Source: Adineta vaga (taxonomy: Eukaryota > Animalia > Rotifera). Taken from it: a stretch of 64,000 bases of DNA. Made by a program: the position numbers and the translations under genes. A model generated the notes under the pieces. The model worked only from the letters and a program-made list of their open reading frames with translations. It did no database searches and was not told where the DNA came from. The stretch lies in contig CP075495.1 of NCBI GenBank assembly GCA_021613535.1, positions 8,866,001 through 8,930,000 of the forward strand. The letters run 5' to 3'. Of the stretch, positions 1-14,033 are shown piece by piece. The stretch's first letter is position 1. The number at the start of each line of letters is the position of its first letter.

Positions 1-2
1 AT

Positions 3-125
3 CAAACACAACATTCATCTGTCATTATTGATATGACCAATTCAGATGAATCGATATCGGGCACGAATAAAGATGATTTAAATCAACCATTCTTCGATAC
101 TGAACAACAGCAATCATCCTCATGA
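3..125 (+). CDS. 3' end of an unidentified upstream gene (partial)
   Basis: Frame 3 is open from the window edge: QTQHSSVIIDMTNSDESISGTNKDDLNQPFFDTEQQQSSS-TGA, followed by AATAAA at about 173. Confidence 0.5.
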   Translation, partial: QTQHSSVIIDMTNSDESISGTNKDDLNQPFFDTEQQQSSS

Positions 126-937
126 TCAACAAGACATTAGTTTTCTCTGTTTCACGTTCACTCACAATAAGAAATAAACTCAATCTCATAAATATTTGAT
201 TTCATTAATATTTTTTTCTGTATATTTTCTCTTTTTTTCTTTGCGAAAATTTCCATTGAATTTTGGAATTCATACATTTAATAATAGGATTTTACCATAA
301 TATTTTAGATAATAGACATTTTTTTTTGCTCTTGTTGATCTAAACAATGAAAATATCTTTAAATTTATCTCTATTAGACGCTTAGTTCTTTGGAATGTGT
401 TTTATTTGATTCTATAGATAAAGACAAAACTGCGCATTTCGATTATCTAATTAACTGATTCTATACATTGCATAGCATCACGTTCTTCTCATTCTTCGTG
501 TTTCTTTTTTCTTAATTGAATTGAAATCGTAAGCAATAATGTAGTACCCCTTTATCGAAAGAAAAAACGATTAAGTTTTGTCTAGTCATTTCTAAATATA
601 TATTTCTTGGTTTTTTTTTCAGTTTCTTATTTTATAATGCTCGTTTTGTCGTTAAATGATGACAGACAGAAAAGGAGAAGAAGAAGAAGATGAAAAGACA
701 TATATCTGAGGGTATTACAAGAACAATTCTTCATCTTATATAGTACTACTCAGATTGGCTCGTTGTTCAAAGTTCATCAGACAGCATTAGAAGAAAAAAA
801 AAGAAGAAAAAAGTTTTGAGAAAAAAAAAACGCTAAGAAGTACACATCCACTCACCATTCAGGTGGAAGAGAGAGAGGGAGAGAGAAAGATTGTACACAT
901 TTTCCATTCGTTCTTTACCGTTCTTTCGTGCTATACC

Positions 938-990
938 CTCTCTGTCTCTCTCTGTCTCTCTTTCTCTTCTTTCTCTCTTTCTCTCTCTCT
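938..990. repeat. CT-rich microsatellite in the MEX3 5' region
   Basis: ctctctgtctctctctgtctctc...ctctctctct is seen directly; a GA-rich tract lies at about 868-890. Confidence 0.8.
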
Positions 991-1187
991 CGCTCTACCA
1001 ATATATAGGAGAAGGGATCGAGCATGTAAGCGTTAATCATCACATTCACATTTCGTCGTCGACTGAACACACAGCGGTAAGTCAATGCGTACAATCATAA
1101 TGTTCATCAGACAATATTGTTGTTTCTGCTCACTAAATATCTTCAATATTTTTTTAGGTTAATTTTTTTTAAATATTTTTTACAATC

Positions 1188-2439
1188 ATGCCAAGTGCAT
1201 CGCTCATAAGTGATTTTCAACGTTCATCATCGAATTCATCCTTGTCATCATCACTTTTACTTGCAGCTTGCCAACAACAATATGATATCAACGATTTATC
1301 CTACTGTTTTGATCAACAACAAAAGCTATCTTCACCACCACCATCGTTATTATCTTCAACAACATATGATTCAATTGGAAAGAAAAGTCAAAATATGACT
1401 GAATGTGTCCCGGTGCCTAGTTCGGAACATGTTGCTGAAATTGTTGGTCGACAAGGTAAGAACGAAATGAATATATATATATATATATGATATATGAAAT
1501 CATGATTGTTTTGGTTTTTTTTATCTAGGTTGTAAAATCAAAGCATTACGTACTAAAACAAATACGTATATAAAAACTCCTGTTCGAGGTGATCAACCTG
1601 TTTTTATTATAACTGGTCGAAAAGAAGATGTATATCTAGCTAAAAAAGAAATTCTTTCAGCTGCTGAACATTTCTCTCAAATTCGTGCTGGTATTACCAT
1701 TATTTTCATTTGCTTCTATTGAAATCTAAATTTGATTTTTCTTTTTGTTCTAGCTCGAAAACAAAACAGTACGAGTATTTCATCCAATAGTAGTACAAGT
1801 AGTGGAAGTAATACAAATTTACATTATAATAGTTTAATCTATCCATCAAGCAATGTTCAACAAATAACAATTCAAGTTCGTGTACCATATCGTGTTGTTG
1901 GTCTAGTTGTTGGACCTAAAGGTGCAACGATTAAACGTATACAACAAACAACGAATACATATATTGTCACACCAGGTCGTGATAAAGAACCTGTATTTGA
2001 AATAGCAGGTTTACCTGAAAATGTTGAAGCTGCAAAAGCAGAAATTGAAAGTCATATCGCTGCTCGAACAGGTCAAACATCCGATATAGATGAAAATGAA
2101 TTTGATAAAGAATTATATTCAATTACTGATATGATTGATACAAATCAACAATGTTCAAAATGGATAAAATTAAATAATGCTTCATCATCATCATCAACAA
2201 CAAATACAAATGCAATGACAGGAACAACAAAATTTTCTCATCATTCATCATTACCATTTCCTCAAGATGATAAAATCAAACCAACTTATCGTAGTGTATC
2301 ACAATCATCATTTTTTTCTTCATTCAATGATCCATTAGATTTCAATTCTTCATTTGAACAAATTTCCGATGAAAATTTAGATTCCGTTTGGCCAAATTTC
2401 AATTTTATATCAATGAAAACATCCATGGGTTTTGCTTAA
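1188..2439 (+). CDS. MEX3: MEX-3 family tandem-KH RNA-binding protein, 3 coding exons (1188-1455, 1529-1690, 1754-2439); no C-terminal RING seen
   Basis: Spliced translation gives KH1 [22 protein letters not shown]|[20 protein letters not shown] and KH2 [33 protein letters not shown], both MEX3 signatures. The GT-AG introns keep frame. Confidence 0.95.
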
Positions 2440-3751
2440 TATATATATATGCAAATATACATATAGATTCTCTCAGGTTATTATCTTTAATTTATTTCTG
2501 TGTGTATTTTTTTACGTTACTGTTTCTATTTTCTGTACAGTTATCTTGATCAGGGATTGATGTATTAACCCGGAAGATAAAGAAATTCGATAGAAAACTA
2601 AGATGTTTATTCTCATTGTGAATGAGCATGTGTGACCCACTAGTCTAAATATGTTTCCCCATTGAAGATAAAAAAAAAGAAAAAGTCAAACTGCTCAAAT
2701 ACGAGGAGTGATTTTTTTGTTGTTTTGTTTATTATGTTCATGTCTGTTTTTTTTAGCTGTAGTTAACTATCTATCTATATATTTGTGTATGTGAGCTTTG
2801 AGCCTAACTTATTTTTTTTCTCTTCTTGTGAAGTTTAGGCATAACGTAGTTTTCTTTTCGGGAGTGTGATTAGTATAAAATACCTGTTTTGTGTGTGTGT
2901 GTACGTGTATATGTAGAGATTTTGTTGATGAAAATCTTCGACATACCTTAGTTGCTATTATTATTTTTTTTTGTGTGCGTAGAGAGAAAAAAATCTATAA
3001 TATAGAGAACCTTGTCTCAGGTATAAAATAAATCTATGTATACGTGCATGTAGTTTTTTTTATATTTTTTTTTTCGTTTTTTTTGCTCTTGAATAAACGT
3101 GCAGAGATAGAAAATGAACTTCGTTGTTTTTCTTTTTTTGTGGTGTCTGACTGTTGTTTGATCTAGTCTATGCACGGTACCGTATGTATATTTACACGAG
3201 TTCAACAAACGGTCAAAGTCAATTCGATCCTATTCTTTTTCTCTTCCTATTCTACAGCTGTTTCATTACTGAGATTTTTTTTATTCATGCTTGTTAAGAT
3301 GAAAAAATCTATAGATTGAAAGAAAGATTAAGTTTACTATCACTTAAGAGTGATATGAACGAAATTGATCGGCTGGTCAACGTACGTTTTTGTTGACGGT
3401 ACGTCATTCAATCTTATCAAACTGATAGAGAAATATGTTTAAACGTACATTTCACCAGATGTTCTTCTGTCTGAAAATGATTTCAAAAGAAACAAACGGA
3501 TTTCTGTCCGATAATGAGCAAACGTTGTTCGTTGTTCTTCTAATCAAAATAAAAAACTGGCAATCGTTTGTTATTTTTCTTCTTGAGTAAAACAAATATT
3601 AGTTCGAAAATCGAGATGGTTTCATATGTTTACTTCTATTGTACATTTTTAATGTACTTATACTTGTCTCAATATTTGTTTATAGAAACTAAACTATATA
3701 TTCCTAGGGTTTCTTCGCTGTTGTTACTGCTTCTGTCACTGATTATGTTGT

Positions 3752-3773
3752 TGATGATGATGATGATGATGAT
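3752..3773. repeat. (GAT)n microsatellite
   Basis: tgatgatgatgatgatgatgat seen directly. Confidence 0.8.
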
Positions 3774-6246
3774 TTGAACGTTGATGTTTTTGTTTATTAA
3801 GAAGACTGATTTGATTGTGTCATATCATATATACATACAAATGTTATGTGCGAAAAAAAAAGTTTGACCCCCTAAGGAGCACTCACATCATATCTCACAA
3901 AACAAAAATGATTTAGTGTTTTGATAGGTGAAGAGAATGATAAGGATTCGAGTTTGACACACTTGAATAAATGACATCACTGATCAAGATAACGGTTAAT
4001 GTATGTATATGGACTGTTCGTTTTTCTAAGGTGTTGAAGAGTGGAAAATAGCACAATGGCTAATGGACATAAAACAAGAGTAGTGATCGATGAGACGTCA
4101 TTTGCCTCAAGCTAAACTACTTCATTCAAAAGTTTGATCTTTTCTATAATGCATCTAAAAATAAAACTCTTTCTGTTTTTTTAATTTCGAAACAATACTT
4201 TAATTACTCACTTGCTTCAAGCATAGTCACATTATTATTTAAACAATACTTAAGAAAAATATTAGAATAAATAAAAAGAGACAATGACGAGGACAATGAA
4301 ATGCATGCTTAAAAATCTTTTCATAGTTATTTTGTTTTTTTTATCAAGAGAAAACGAAAGCGGCTGTCAAAGATCAAAGATTGTTATCACACACTTGACT
4401 GATTTTTTTCTTTCAAAGGAAAAAAAAGACTTTCGATAGATATAACACTTGAAAAGGAAAAATCAATCAACGATTCAATTTGTTCATCTTATAAACAATA
4501 AAAAAAACCAAGAAGATGAAGAAACAAGTAGTTTTCAACAAATCAATGATCATTATTCGATCTGTGTACCATATGGAATGACTGCCGACTTTAATAATTA
4601 TTACATTAGTGAATGCGAACAGCTGCAGATATACTCAATCAAAACATCTGTTTCGAACATGATGACTTTTTAGTTAGTCAAAAGATATAGTTCGTTTAGT
4701 AGTTGAAAAAGAAAACTACTTCAACATAATTGCTGATCGTTTTCTCTTACTTGCTCTTCAATATCATCGATCATTATTTTCATATTGCCAATGGGCAAAA
4801 GGCGTATACTGATGGTTCGTGTAAATTTATTCAGTGTACGCGTGCATATATTTACCATTTAAAAGTTTGCTAAAAATATATGTTAACGCCCTTCAATATA
4901 TACATGATGATCATCCATCCATCACATATGACAGAAAAAATTTCTTTTTGTGTTATTAACATAGTTGATAGTCAGGCAATACAAATATACGTGCATGCTT
5001 ATATCCTGTCGATTTAGACTAACAAAACGGTAAATACTCGTGCAAATGGGTGTCACATTCTGATACTTTCTCGTTTCATATTACATGTGCTCAACAGAAT
5101 TAACATCTGCTCATATGAACTGAAGTTCTAACGGTTGAAAGACACAAAAAAAACATGACGAGAATTATGAGGGTCGGCAAAACGATTGATGCATGTCATG
5201 CAAAGTTGATTGCGTTAAAAGAGTAAATGAATTTTTTCTTTCTAATGAACTCTTACACTCTCGTCGTCGTCGTTCTTCTTCCTCAATGCACACAGACGCA
5301 CATACGTTCCATTTCCTAATGATGATGAATTTTTTTCTCTTATTCAAGTGATGACCACATGAATCAATCTGCTGCTTCATCAGAAATTCATTTTTTTCGA
5401 TTATTCTATGCTGTCATCAGTAAACAATGATTAAGAAAACGTTCTGTATATATACGTCTGTCTATCTTGCAATTGCTGACAATCTGTGTCTGCCAATAAT
5501 CTTGATGTGAACTCAGTTGAACGTATATGAAGTGATATACTTCTCATTATCATTAATGTGAATGTTGAAATGAACACGCGCGTGTGTGTTCAGATAATTT
5601 CTTTTTTTATTCCTAGTTGAAATGTCTGTGATATTAATGATAGACAAGCATAGCGAAACAGCTGTTATGGTTCAATTTAGATTTTCAAACTAGACACACC
5701 CCATTTTTCATTCAATGATTGAGCATGACATTTGAATTCAGTGGTATACTCTAAATACATACATACATATATATCTTTAGAAAAAATATAGTCTTAGTTA
5801 TGCAACATGTTGAAATGGAATCATGCAAAGAATAAATTATATGACTACTGATCGGTAATAATAATAATACTACTTTATATCGAAGAATCCTGAAGTTTAT
5901 TCTCTCACTCACTCTCCTTCTCTTTCTATGTGAATAGAATATGTTGAATTGTTGATATGAAGAAGAGAAAAATGCTTTGCGATAGCTTCAACATCCATAA
6001 AACATCTCGATTTGATTACATGCAAACATAAAACTTGAGAACAATCATTATTTACTTTCTTTCTTTTTTCAATGAATAAGATATTGAAGTTGTAAAGATA
6101 GACCGCACAGTACATAGATTTGACTGAAGAGTGAATTCATAGAAGATATGTGATTGTCATGAACAAAAAAAGAAGAAACAAACTCATTTGAGTCAATTAA
6201 ACTTATGTATTACTGTTTCCTATCACGATTGCAAATGGAGATTCTT

Positions 6247-6277
6247 CTCTCTCTCTCTCTCTCACTCACTCACTCAC
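6247..6277. repeat. Compound (CT)n(CACT)n microsatellite
   Basis: ctctctctctctctctcactcactcactcac seen directly. Confidence 0.8.
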
Positions 6278-6883
6278 TTTTTTGATTACATACTCAAGTT
6301 GATTTGAAAAATTTTTTTCTTTTGAACTCATTTGAAAACGTGTTAATTGCTATAGAACGTGTGAATCATAGATGTTTAGACCAAAAAAAGAAGAAATGAA
6401 AAGAACGCAATTTTTTTTCTTAACAAAAATGGGCTTGACCAGCACGGTAGAATAATCTACAATAGGTATAATTGAAAGAGTTCAACTAGGTGTTTTTCCC
6501 ATGATGATATGTAGTGAAAGTTGTCAACTGTATACATATCAAATATCATTTGTTTAGGATTGAAAGAACATCAACTTAGTTTTGTATCACATTGATAGTG
6601 ATAAGTTATACTAACATGATAATTGTTAATGTGTTGCATCGAATCAATCATGAACATTGTATGTGTGAAAGCTTTTGTGCATCAAAATGCACGATTAACC
6701 AAGAATTTAACAAGGGAATTCATTATAAAGTACGTAAATCGTTGATATTAATGCCTAATGTTTAAATTAGTTTGATAAAGCTTGGTTAGGTATAGAAAAA
6801 TCATGAAGTTTTGTTTTTAAGATTTATTTAAAGTTTAAACGAAAGAAAATAAGGAAAAATGCTTGACAAAAAAAAACTATAAA

Positions 6884-9800
6884 TTAATGAGAGTTGAGTT
6901 TGACTTTAAATTCTCTATCAAATTTACTAGAAAACATAGAATGAATATCGGAGAATTTTTTACTTAATTGTTTGAAAAATGCCGAATCATTATTTGTTGC
7001 ATTTCGAATATCACTTGCCATTATTTCAGCAATCGATGTTGTAATTGATGTGAGTGTATTACGAAAATTTGATAGTAAATAATAAGTTTCTCCTCGATCT
7101 ATTTCATTTTCTGACATTAAGAATTTATCGGAACCATGTCGAAAGAAATCATATGCATAACTATTCATATAATAACTTGAATTTGTATGATCTTGTGCCT
7201 CAATCTCAACGAAAGGTACAATACGTGGTGATAAATCAAGATTGTATGCCAGATCCCATGAACTATTTGTTGGATTATAATTTGACATGAATTTTTCATG
7301 CGTAAGACCAGATGGACCAACAAATGGAGAGATTGATGGATTTTGTGTTTGTTGAGAAACATGATGATGAAGATTATACTCCAGTGTTCCATTATCATAA
7401 TCAGATGATTGATTAAATGAAATACTTGATAGAGGTAAAGTATATTCTTGCTCAGTATTTAATGATCGCATATATTTGATTACATTTTCTATATATGATC
7501 CATAGATTTCTTTTACTAATGAATTATATGATTGAATATGTTGACGAATTTCAGGTGAAAGTGGTCGAAGTGTAAATTTTGGATTGAATAATGATTGTCG
7601 TTTTGGTGAGGACGAATTATTTGGATATTGATGGATCTTTAATCTATACAAAAATTCAGAAATCAAATCATAATTTCAACTAAAACAATAGACTTACACA
7701 GGCGTATTTGTAAAAAGACAAGCTAATAAACTAACAATTTCTTCATCATTGTTCAATTTATGAAATAATCGATTATCCATTAAATAGGTAAATAAGAGAT
7801 TTGCTGGTTCTGTCTGATGTAAATGAATAAGAAAACCAGCTAAACCAATTAAAGTACCTTGTTCATTGATAAAATTTAAACGATAAAGAAAATCTAATGT
7901 ATGTAAACAATGAAAACGATTTTGTATATCAATTAATCGTTCTGCACGCGATATTTGTGCAGTAAAAGGACATTGTAAAGCGATTAGAGATCGATTAATT
8001 GCATCTTTTTTGTCTTCAGCATTGGCATTTAAGTAAAGTAAACGAATAAGAAATGTAACACTAGTTGGAATACGTGTTTGAATATCCGGAATATCGGAGA
8101 TTGTTAAATGACGAATTTTTGACATGGGAATATCAATAAAGACAATATTGCCTTGAACATCAAATCCACGACGACCTGCACGACCAGACGATTGTCGATA
8201 TTGTAAAGCATCGAGTTGAATAGAATCTTTGATAAAAGCGACAGTTTTCGTTGGCATATGAACACCCAAAGCTATATAAAGAAAAATATAAGAAGTAGAT
8301 TCGTGTTTTATTCTCGATTCAAAAGGAATTCGTTCTCATATACATACCGAGTGTCCATGTCGAAAAGACAATTTGAACATATCGATTACGGAAAAGACCT
8401 TCGACAGCTAAACGACCTCGATTATTTAATTGAGCATGATGATAAGCAACACCACGTTTCATATATCGAACTAATTTTGTGCTAACTGTTGATGCACGAT
8501 TCATTAACTGATCAACCATTTCTCGATCACAATGACGACGATTAGCTAATGTTCCTTCTTCTAAAACTCCATCCAATAATTCTTGTTCAATACCAGATAA
8601 ACGTAATTGACTTTGATCTTCTTCTTCCATTTGTACTAATTCCGTAGGTTTGTCATTGCCTTTTTCTTCGTCATCACCTCGTTTATTCGAACTTTTACTT
8701 GCTTTTTTTGTCTTAGCTGATTTTTGCATTTTTTCAATTTGTGCAAGACGTTTTTCTAAATCTTCAATTTGATATTTATATTTTGTTCGTCGTAATTCTT
8801 TTTCTAACTCTTCGAAGTATTGAGCAACACGTTCAGCTAATTCTTCACATAATGATCGACTGTCAGTAAAAACAATACATGGAAGAAGATCCTTTTCTTT
8901 TAATGTTAAAACAAATTCTCCTATTAATGATGCCATGGGTTTTAATTCAGGATAAGAGATTTCATTTGAACTTGTTGGTTTAAGTGATGTTGCTATGGAA
9001 TCAATCGTTGAGTTTTCTTTTCCATCAATTAAACTATTGAATTGTTTACAGACAAGTTGTGAATATTTATTACAAACATTACGTTCAGCAATCCATCCAG
9101 GAGAAAAATATTCTGTTAATGTTGGAATTGGTTGTGTTCGAGTACCGACTTTTTGCATAGCCTCGTTTAATCGAAGAGTTTCAAAGGGTGATAAAGAAAA
9201 ATCTTTTGGAATATTTCGTGCTGTTAATTGTTTAGCAGTCATAAGACTGACCGGATGAAGAGGATGGAGTTGTCGATTGGAATAGAGATATTTATTCAAA
9301 TCAGCTAAACGTTCATGCTGAACAATAAAACATACTGGATGTTGTTTGCCTGAATTAAATAATTTCGATCGTTTTTCTTCGACATACATGATCCAATCTC
9401 GAAGATTTTGACCATTTCTCACTGTTGCAGAAAGACCTATCATGGGGCAATTAATCAGTAACATCGCACGTTCCCAAACATCGGAATTCGTGTCACCAGA
9501 CATACAATGAATTTCATCGAAAATACAATATCGAATTCGTTGACACCATCGTTGATAATTAGGTGAAAGAAGAAGCATTTCAAGACATTCAGGAATTGTG
9601 ATTAAAATTCGACATGTTGGTAAACACATTCGAAAATCACTGGTAAATATGCCAAAGACAGGACCAAATTTTGTATGAATAGTACCTATAGAAAGTGAGA
9701 AAGTTATTTGAATCTTTTGTTACACAAAAAACAATCATTCTTACCTGCTACTTGATTGATTAATGCTTTTGTTGGTGCTACATATATACAGATACCATTG

Positions 9801-12800
9801 GCATCATCTTTATCTTTGACTACTTTTCCCATTGCATAATAAGATGCATAAGTTTTACCTAAACAAATTCAAAATCATCGAGAATATTAGTATAACTACT
9901 TAAAACAAAACTAACCAGAAGCAGTCGGTGCAACGATAATAATCGATTGTCGTTTATCGACAGCATCTAAAAATTCGACTTGCCATTTATCTGGAATAAA
10001 ATCTTGTATTCGAGAATCTTTTTCTCCATATTCACGTCTCGGTAATCGACTATTGATTTTTTCTAATTGAAAACGATACCATTTTTCTTGATCTAATGTA
10101 TTATCATCAACTAATTCTTTCATAAATTTTTCCTGTTCATGAAAGGCATCAGTAATATCTTTTAAATGCGTGATTTCACATAATGTAGCAAAGTAACCAA
10201 TTTGTAAAAGTTCGAATTTAGATTTTTCTTCATTAGTTGAATTAACTTTCTTTTTTAATGATCGTAAATATTTTCGTTGTAAATCAAATTTCTTTTCCAA
10301 CATTTCCAAACGTTTTGTTGATGTTTCAAAATGATGTAAACTTCTATCAATTAGATCAATCGCATCTTCATAATTAGTATTCGGAATTTGTTTCAATTGT
10401 GCTTCGACATTTTTCACTTTGTCAGCATCATCATCCGTACGTTTATCTAAGATTCTTTTCGTATTTAGTTCAATAATTTTTTCGGCTTTCGATGGTTGAA
10501 CTTTTTTGGGTTGATTTTTATGTTGTTGTTTTTTCTTTCCACTCGCTGCAGCAGAATCTCCTCGATTAGTAGAACTTTCTTCGTTTTGTTGTATAGGTGT
10601 AGAAGCCGTTGGAAGAGTAATTTGATATTGATTATCTCGTACATCACGTGTAGTTAAAGATTTACCATATAGACTGAAATAATCATATCTATTTAAAAAA
10701 ACATGGATCAATAAGAATGAATGAGTAAGGTATGTAAAGAAAATTCTTACAATTTTTGTAAATTTTTTGTTCGATAACGATGATTACTTATTTTTTTACG
10801 TTCAGCATCATTATCACGTATACGATCGATTTCTTCCCCAGTCTAAAAACGAAAAACAAAGTTTGAAAATATTCATCAGAATGAATAGACATACTTCTTT
10901 GTATATTCTCCAGATTGGTTTTTCTAAAAAAAATGAAAAAAAATCTTTGATAAATAATAAATTGAAATAGAAAAAAAAACGTTTACGTGAGGAAGGGATC
11001 AATTCGCTTAGATCTGGCTCGATGAAATCAAATGTTGAAGTATTATTATTTGAGGAGAGAATTGGTTTCAAATATGTATCAACAAATGGATTTGATATAC
11101 GAATAACTTTCTGTCGTCGAACATTGATTTTGTTTTCAGATGAATTTTCCGAAAAACTTATATGATTTGATTGAACTAATTGATCAACGATATCTTTGAA
11201 CATATTATCATGAAATTGTATGTTTAAGATTTCTAAACATTGTTTGAGAATATGATTTGTTCGTGAATCAAGTCGCAATGTTGATGATTGTGCGATTTGA
11301 TAGAGAGTAAAAGTAAATAGACGTCCATCGAATAGATCAGCAATTTTAGACCATGAAAATGTTGATGAACACGTTGATAAATTTAACGAAAGACGTTGTT
11401 GAAATTGATCGATAAATTGAGAAAATGTAGAATGAATCTGAATGGAAGGAATTACTGATGGTAAATGTCGATCAACGATAGAAAGACGTATGAGAAGAGC
11501 TAGATGAAGAATAAATAATGGATTGAGTAATTGAAGAAATGATTTTGAATTAGTTTCATCTTTCAGATCCATTACTGTTTTTAAATAGAGAAAAAGTCGA
11601 ATATCATTTTCACCAATTGTTTCACATAATTTTTTCAATTCACGAGAATCTTCTTCTTGAATATGATCATTTATATTCCTATCAAATGTTGCTATTGCCA
11701 TCAGATCATCAAGTACTTTCTTTGCACATAAGCGATTAAATTCAATTCGAAAACATTTAATTGTTGTTTCTGTTAATATAAATTTGTTCATCAAATAGAG
11801 TTGACATTGAACAACATATTGATGATAATTACCAAAGAAACGATACATACAAAGTAATTTTCCTAAAACATCTTTGGAAAGAAGATGATCATTTTCAATA
11901 TCGAATGTTGACATATCATGATAGAATATAAATGACGGTTTTTCTTCACAGATAAATTCTAAATAATCATTATTCAGCCAAGAAGAGAATTGTTTGACTT
12001 TGAGGTTGATTATTCCATTTATTTGAATATTTTTTGAGAGATGAGCAATTAAACAACTGCGAAGAAGATTCAGTATTGAATTTGATTGTTCATAGAGATG
12101 ATAATGGCAAGTAAAAAAGACTAGAGTATAATTGCACTGACTTGATTGATGAAAAAGTGTAAGAAGTAATCGTTCGATAACGAAAATAATATGAATAGTA
12201 TTGCCAAAATATGTATTCAGTTGAAGATTTATATGATGAGCAATCGACAAAAGTAAAGAATCTCCATCGATAAGATAATGAGCAGTATCACGAAATTCTT
12301 GACGAACATTAAGATAAGTAGCTGTATATGGATAGAGAATATCTATATGTTTTGAAAGGAAATTTGTTGTATGTACTTCAGTTTGATTTGTTGATAAAAT
12401 TGATTGAATTGTTGTTACAATAGTTTGAGCAGATAATTGATTCATTAAAGAAAGATTTTCAACTAAACGTTGTTGTTCACTTTCATCTCTTGTTCCTTCA
12501 AAAAGATGAGATGCTATTTGTTGTAAAACAACAAGAATGATTTTTTCATTCTCGCTTTTTCGATATTGTTCAAGTGTATCAAAATATAGATTAATAAAAT
12601 GAGTATAATTTGCTTGACAATAATGTAATAGTCGAAGTAATCGTTGACATTGACGAACAGGATCGACATAAATTTCCGTTGTTTTATTTGAAGGATTAAT
12701 CTAACGAAATTTTTTATTAATAATCAGAAATATAAAGTTTTAAGAGCTCTCCTATAACTTCGTGACAAGATATAGACCTCGCATTATTTATATGATAGAA

Positions 12801-13559
12801 ATTGAAGACTAGAATGACTGTAGCGAAAAGGATCTATTTACAATATCACTATTTCTCATATTTACTATTTTCAAATGCATTCGTTTAACGTATATTTTAT
12901 CTTAGTAGAAAAAATAGTTTCAAAAAATATCTTTACTTATTTCAAAGCCGTCAGATAGTGATCGTGATCAAATGTAATGCAACTTGTAAGAGACTTTTGA
13001 AAAGTACATTGCTTATTCCACAAAAATTCACTGTTCTATATGACCTTTAAGTACGTTTTTTATATCAAAAGAAACCAACAGAATAAATCGACTTATGGAT
13101 TCTAATATTAAAGTTATAAGAACGCTTTTACTTTTCTAACAAAAAAGAATGAAATAATTTTAAAACTAGTAAACTAATCTAATGAAGTTCAATTTTTTTT
13201 TTTCAAAGACTTTTTCATCATTTATTATATATACGTACATTTCCATTGGAAGATAATTTCTGATCTTTGTTATCTTCTCCATCTTCGTCATCATCATCAT
13301 CAGAAGATGTTATCGATGATTCTTCATCTTTGGAAGTAGTATCTTCCGATTTGTGGCCATCATCTACATTATTCGATGTAGAAACAATGGCATAACGATG
13401 CACCTGTTGTATTTTACGTAAAATCGTGAGTTCCCAATCCTTGAGATAATGTACTTGAAATAATTCGGGATATTTCGAAATATTTTCAATAAAAACTATC
13501 TCGGATGTTGTTTCCGTGTCCAGTAAATAATCAATAAAAGTTTCTAATTGGTTGTTCAT
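6884..13559 (-). CDS. DDX60: DDX60-like Ski2-family DExH RNA helicase, multi-exon (first exon about 13559-13239, spliced in phase 0 to 12700)
   Basis: Contains the N-terminal YLIDGDSLL motif typical of DDX60, FIPDKWQ, Walker A APTAS|GKT across an intron, [25 protein letters not shown] and motif [14 protein letters not shown]. ORFs 13218-13568, 10814-12445, 9911-10711, 8319-9629, 7694-8269 and 6884-7666 join through short GT-AG introns. Confidence 0.88.
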
Positions 13560-14033
13560 TTTTAACATATAAAGAAATAATGTTTGATAATATACTTATA
13601 TATATACCGCTTAAAGAGAAAAAACCCAGCTGAAGAAAAAAGTGCACTGACGTTCGTTTTTCTCTCGATGTAAGAAGAAACAAAACAAAGAACGCAAGAG
13701 AAAAACGGACTAATGTCATAACGACAATTTTTTCGTAATAACATGACTCATACTGATTGGATAAGAAGAAAGATAGTCTTCGACGTTTTCTGTTCGAAGA
13801 TTGTGTAGAATTTTAAACAAGACGATGCAAAGAATTTCTTACGGATAGATTTTTCATAAATGTCAAGAATTATTTCGCAAATTTTTCTTATGAAAGAATG
13901 ACGTAAAGTAAACCGAGCAATGACATCATTAATTCTCTTATTATTCATTTTGATGTATAATTTAACTTGTAGATTGATAATTTTCATGGCTAACGAATAT
14001 GTGTTTTTTTGTCAAGAAAAAGTAGATTTATAT

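Noticed and set aside
5135-5160. TGAAAGAC, a miR-71-like seed
   Set aside because: Continues into an A-run with no precursor hairpin or match to the rest of the mature sequence.
3000-6200. Numerous 60-75 aa ORFs in the intergenic tract
   Set aside because: Low-complexity F/L/K/I translations of AT-rich and microsatellite DNA, many with non-ATG starts, and no splice-consistent models.
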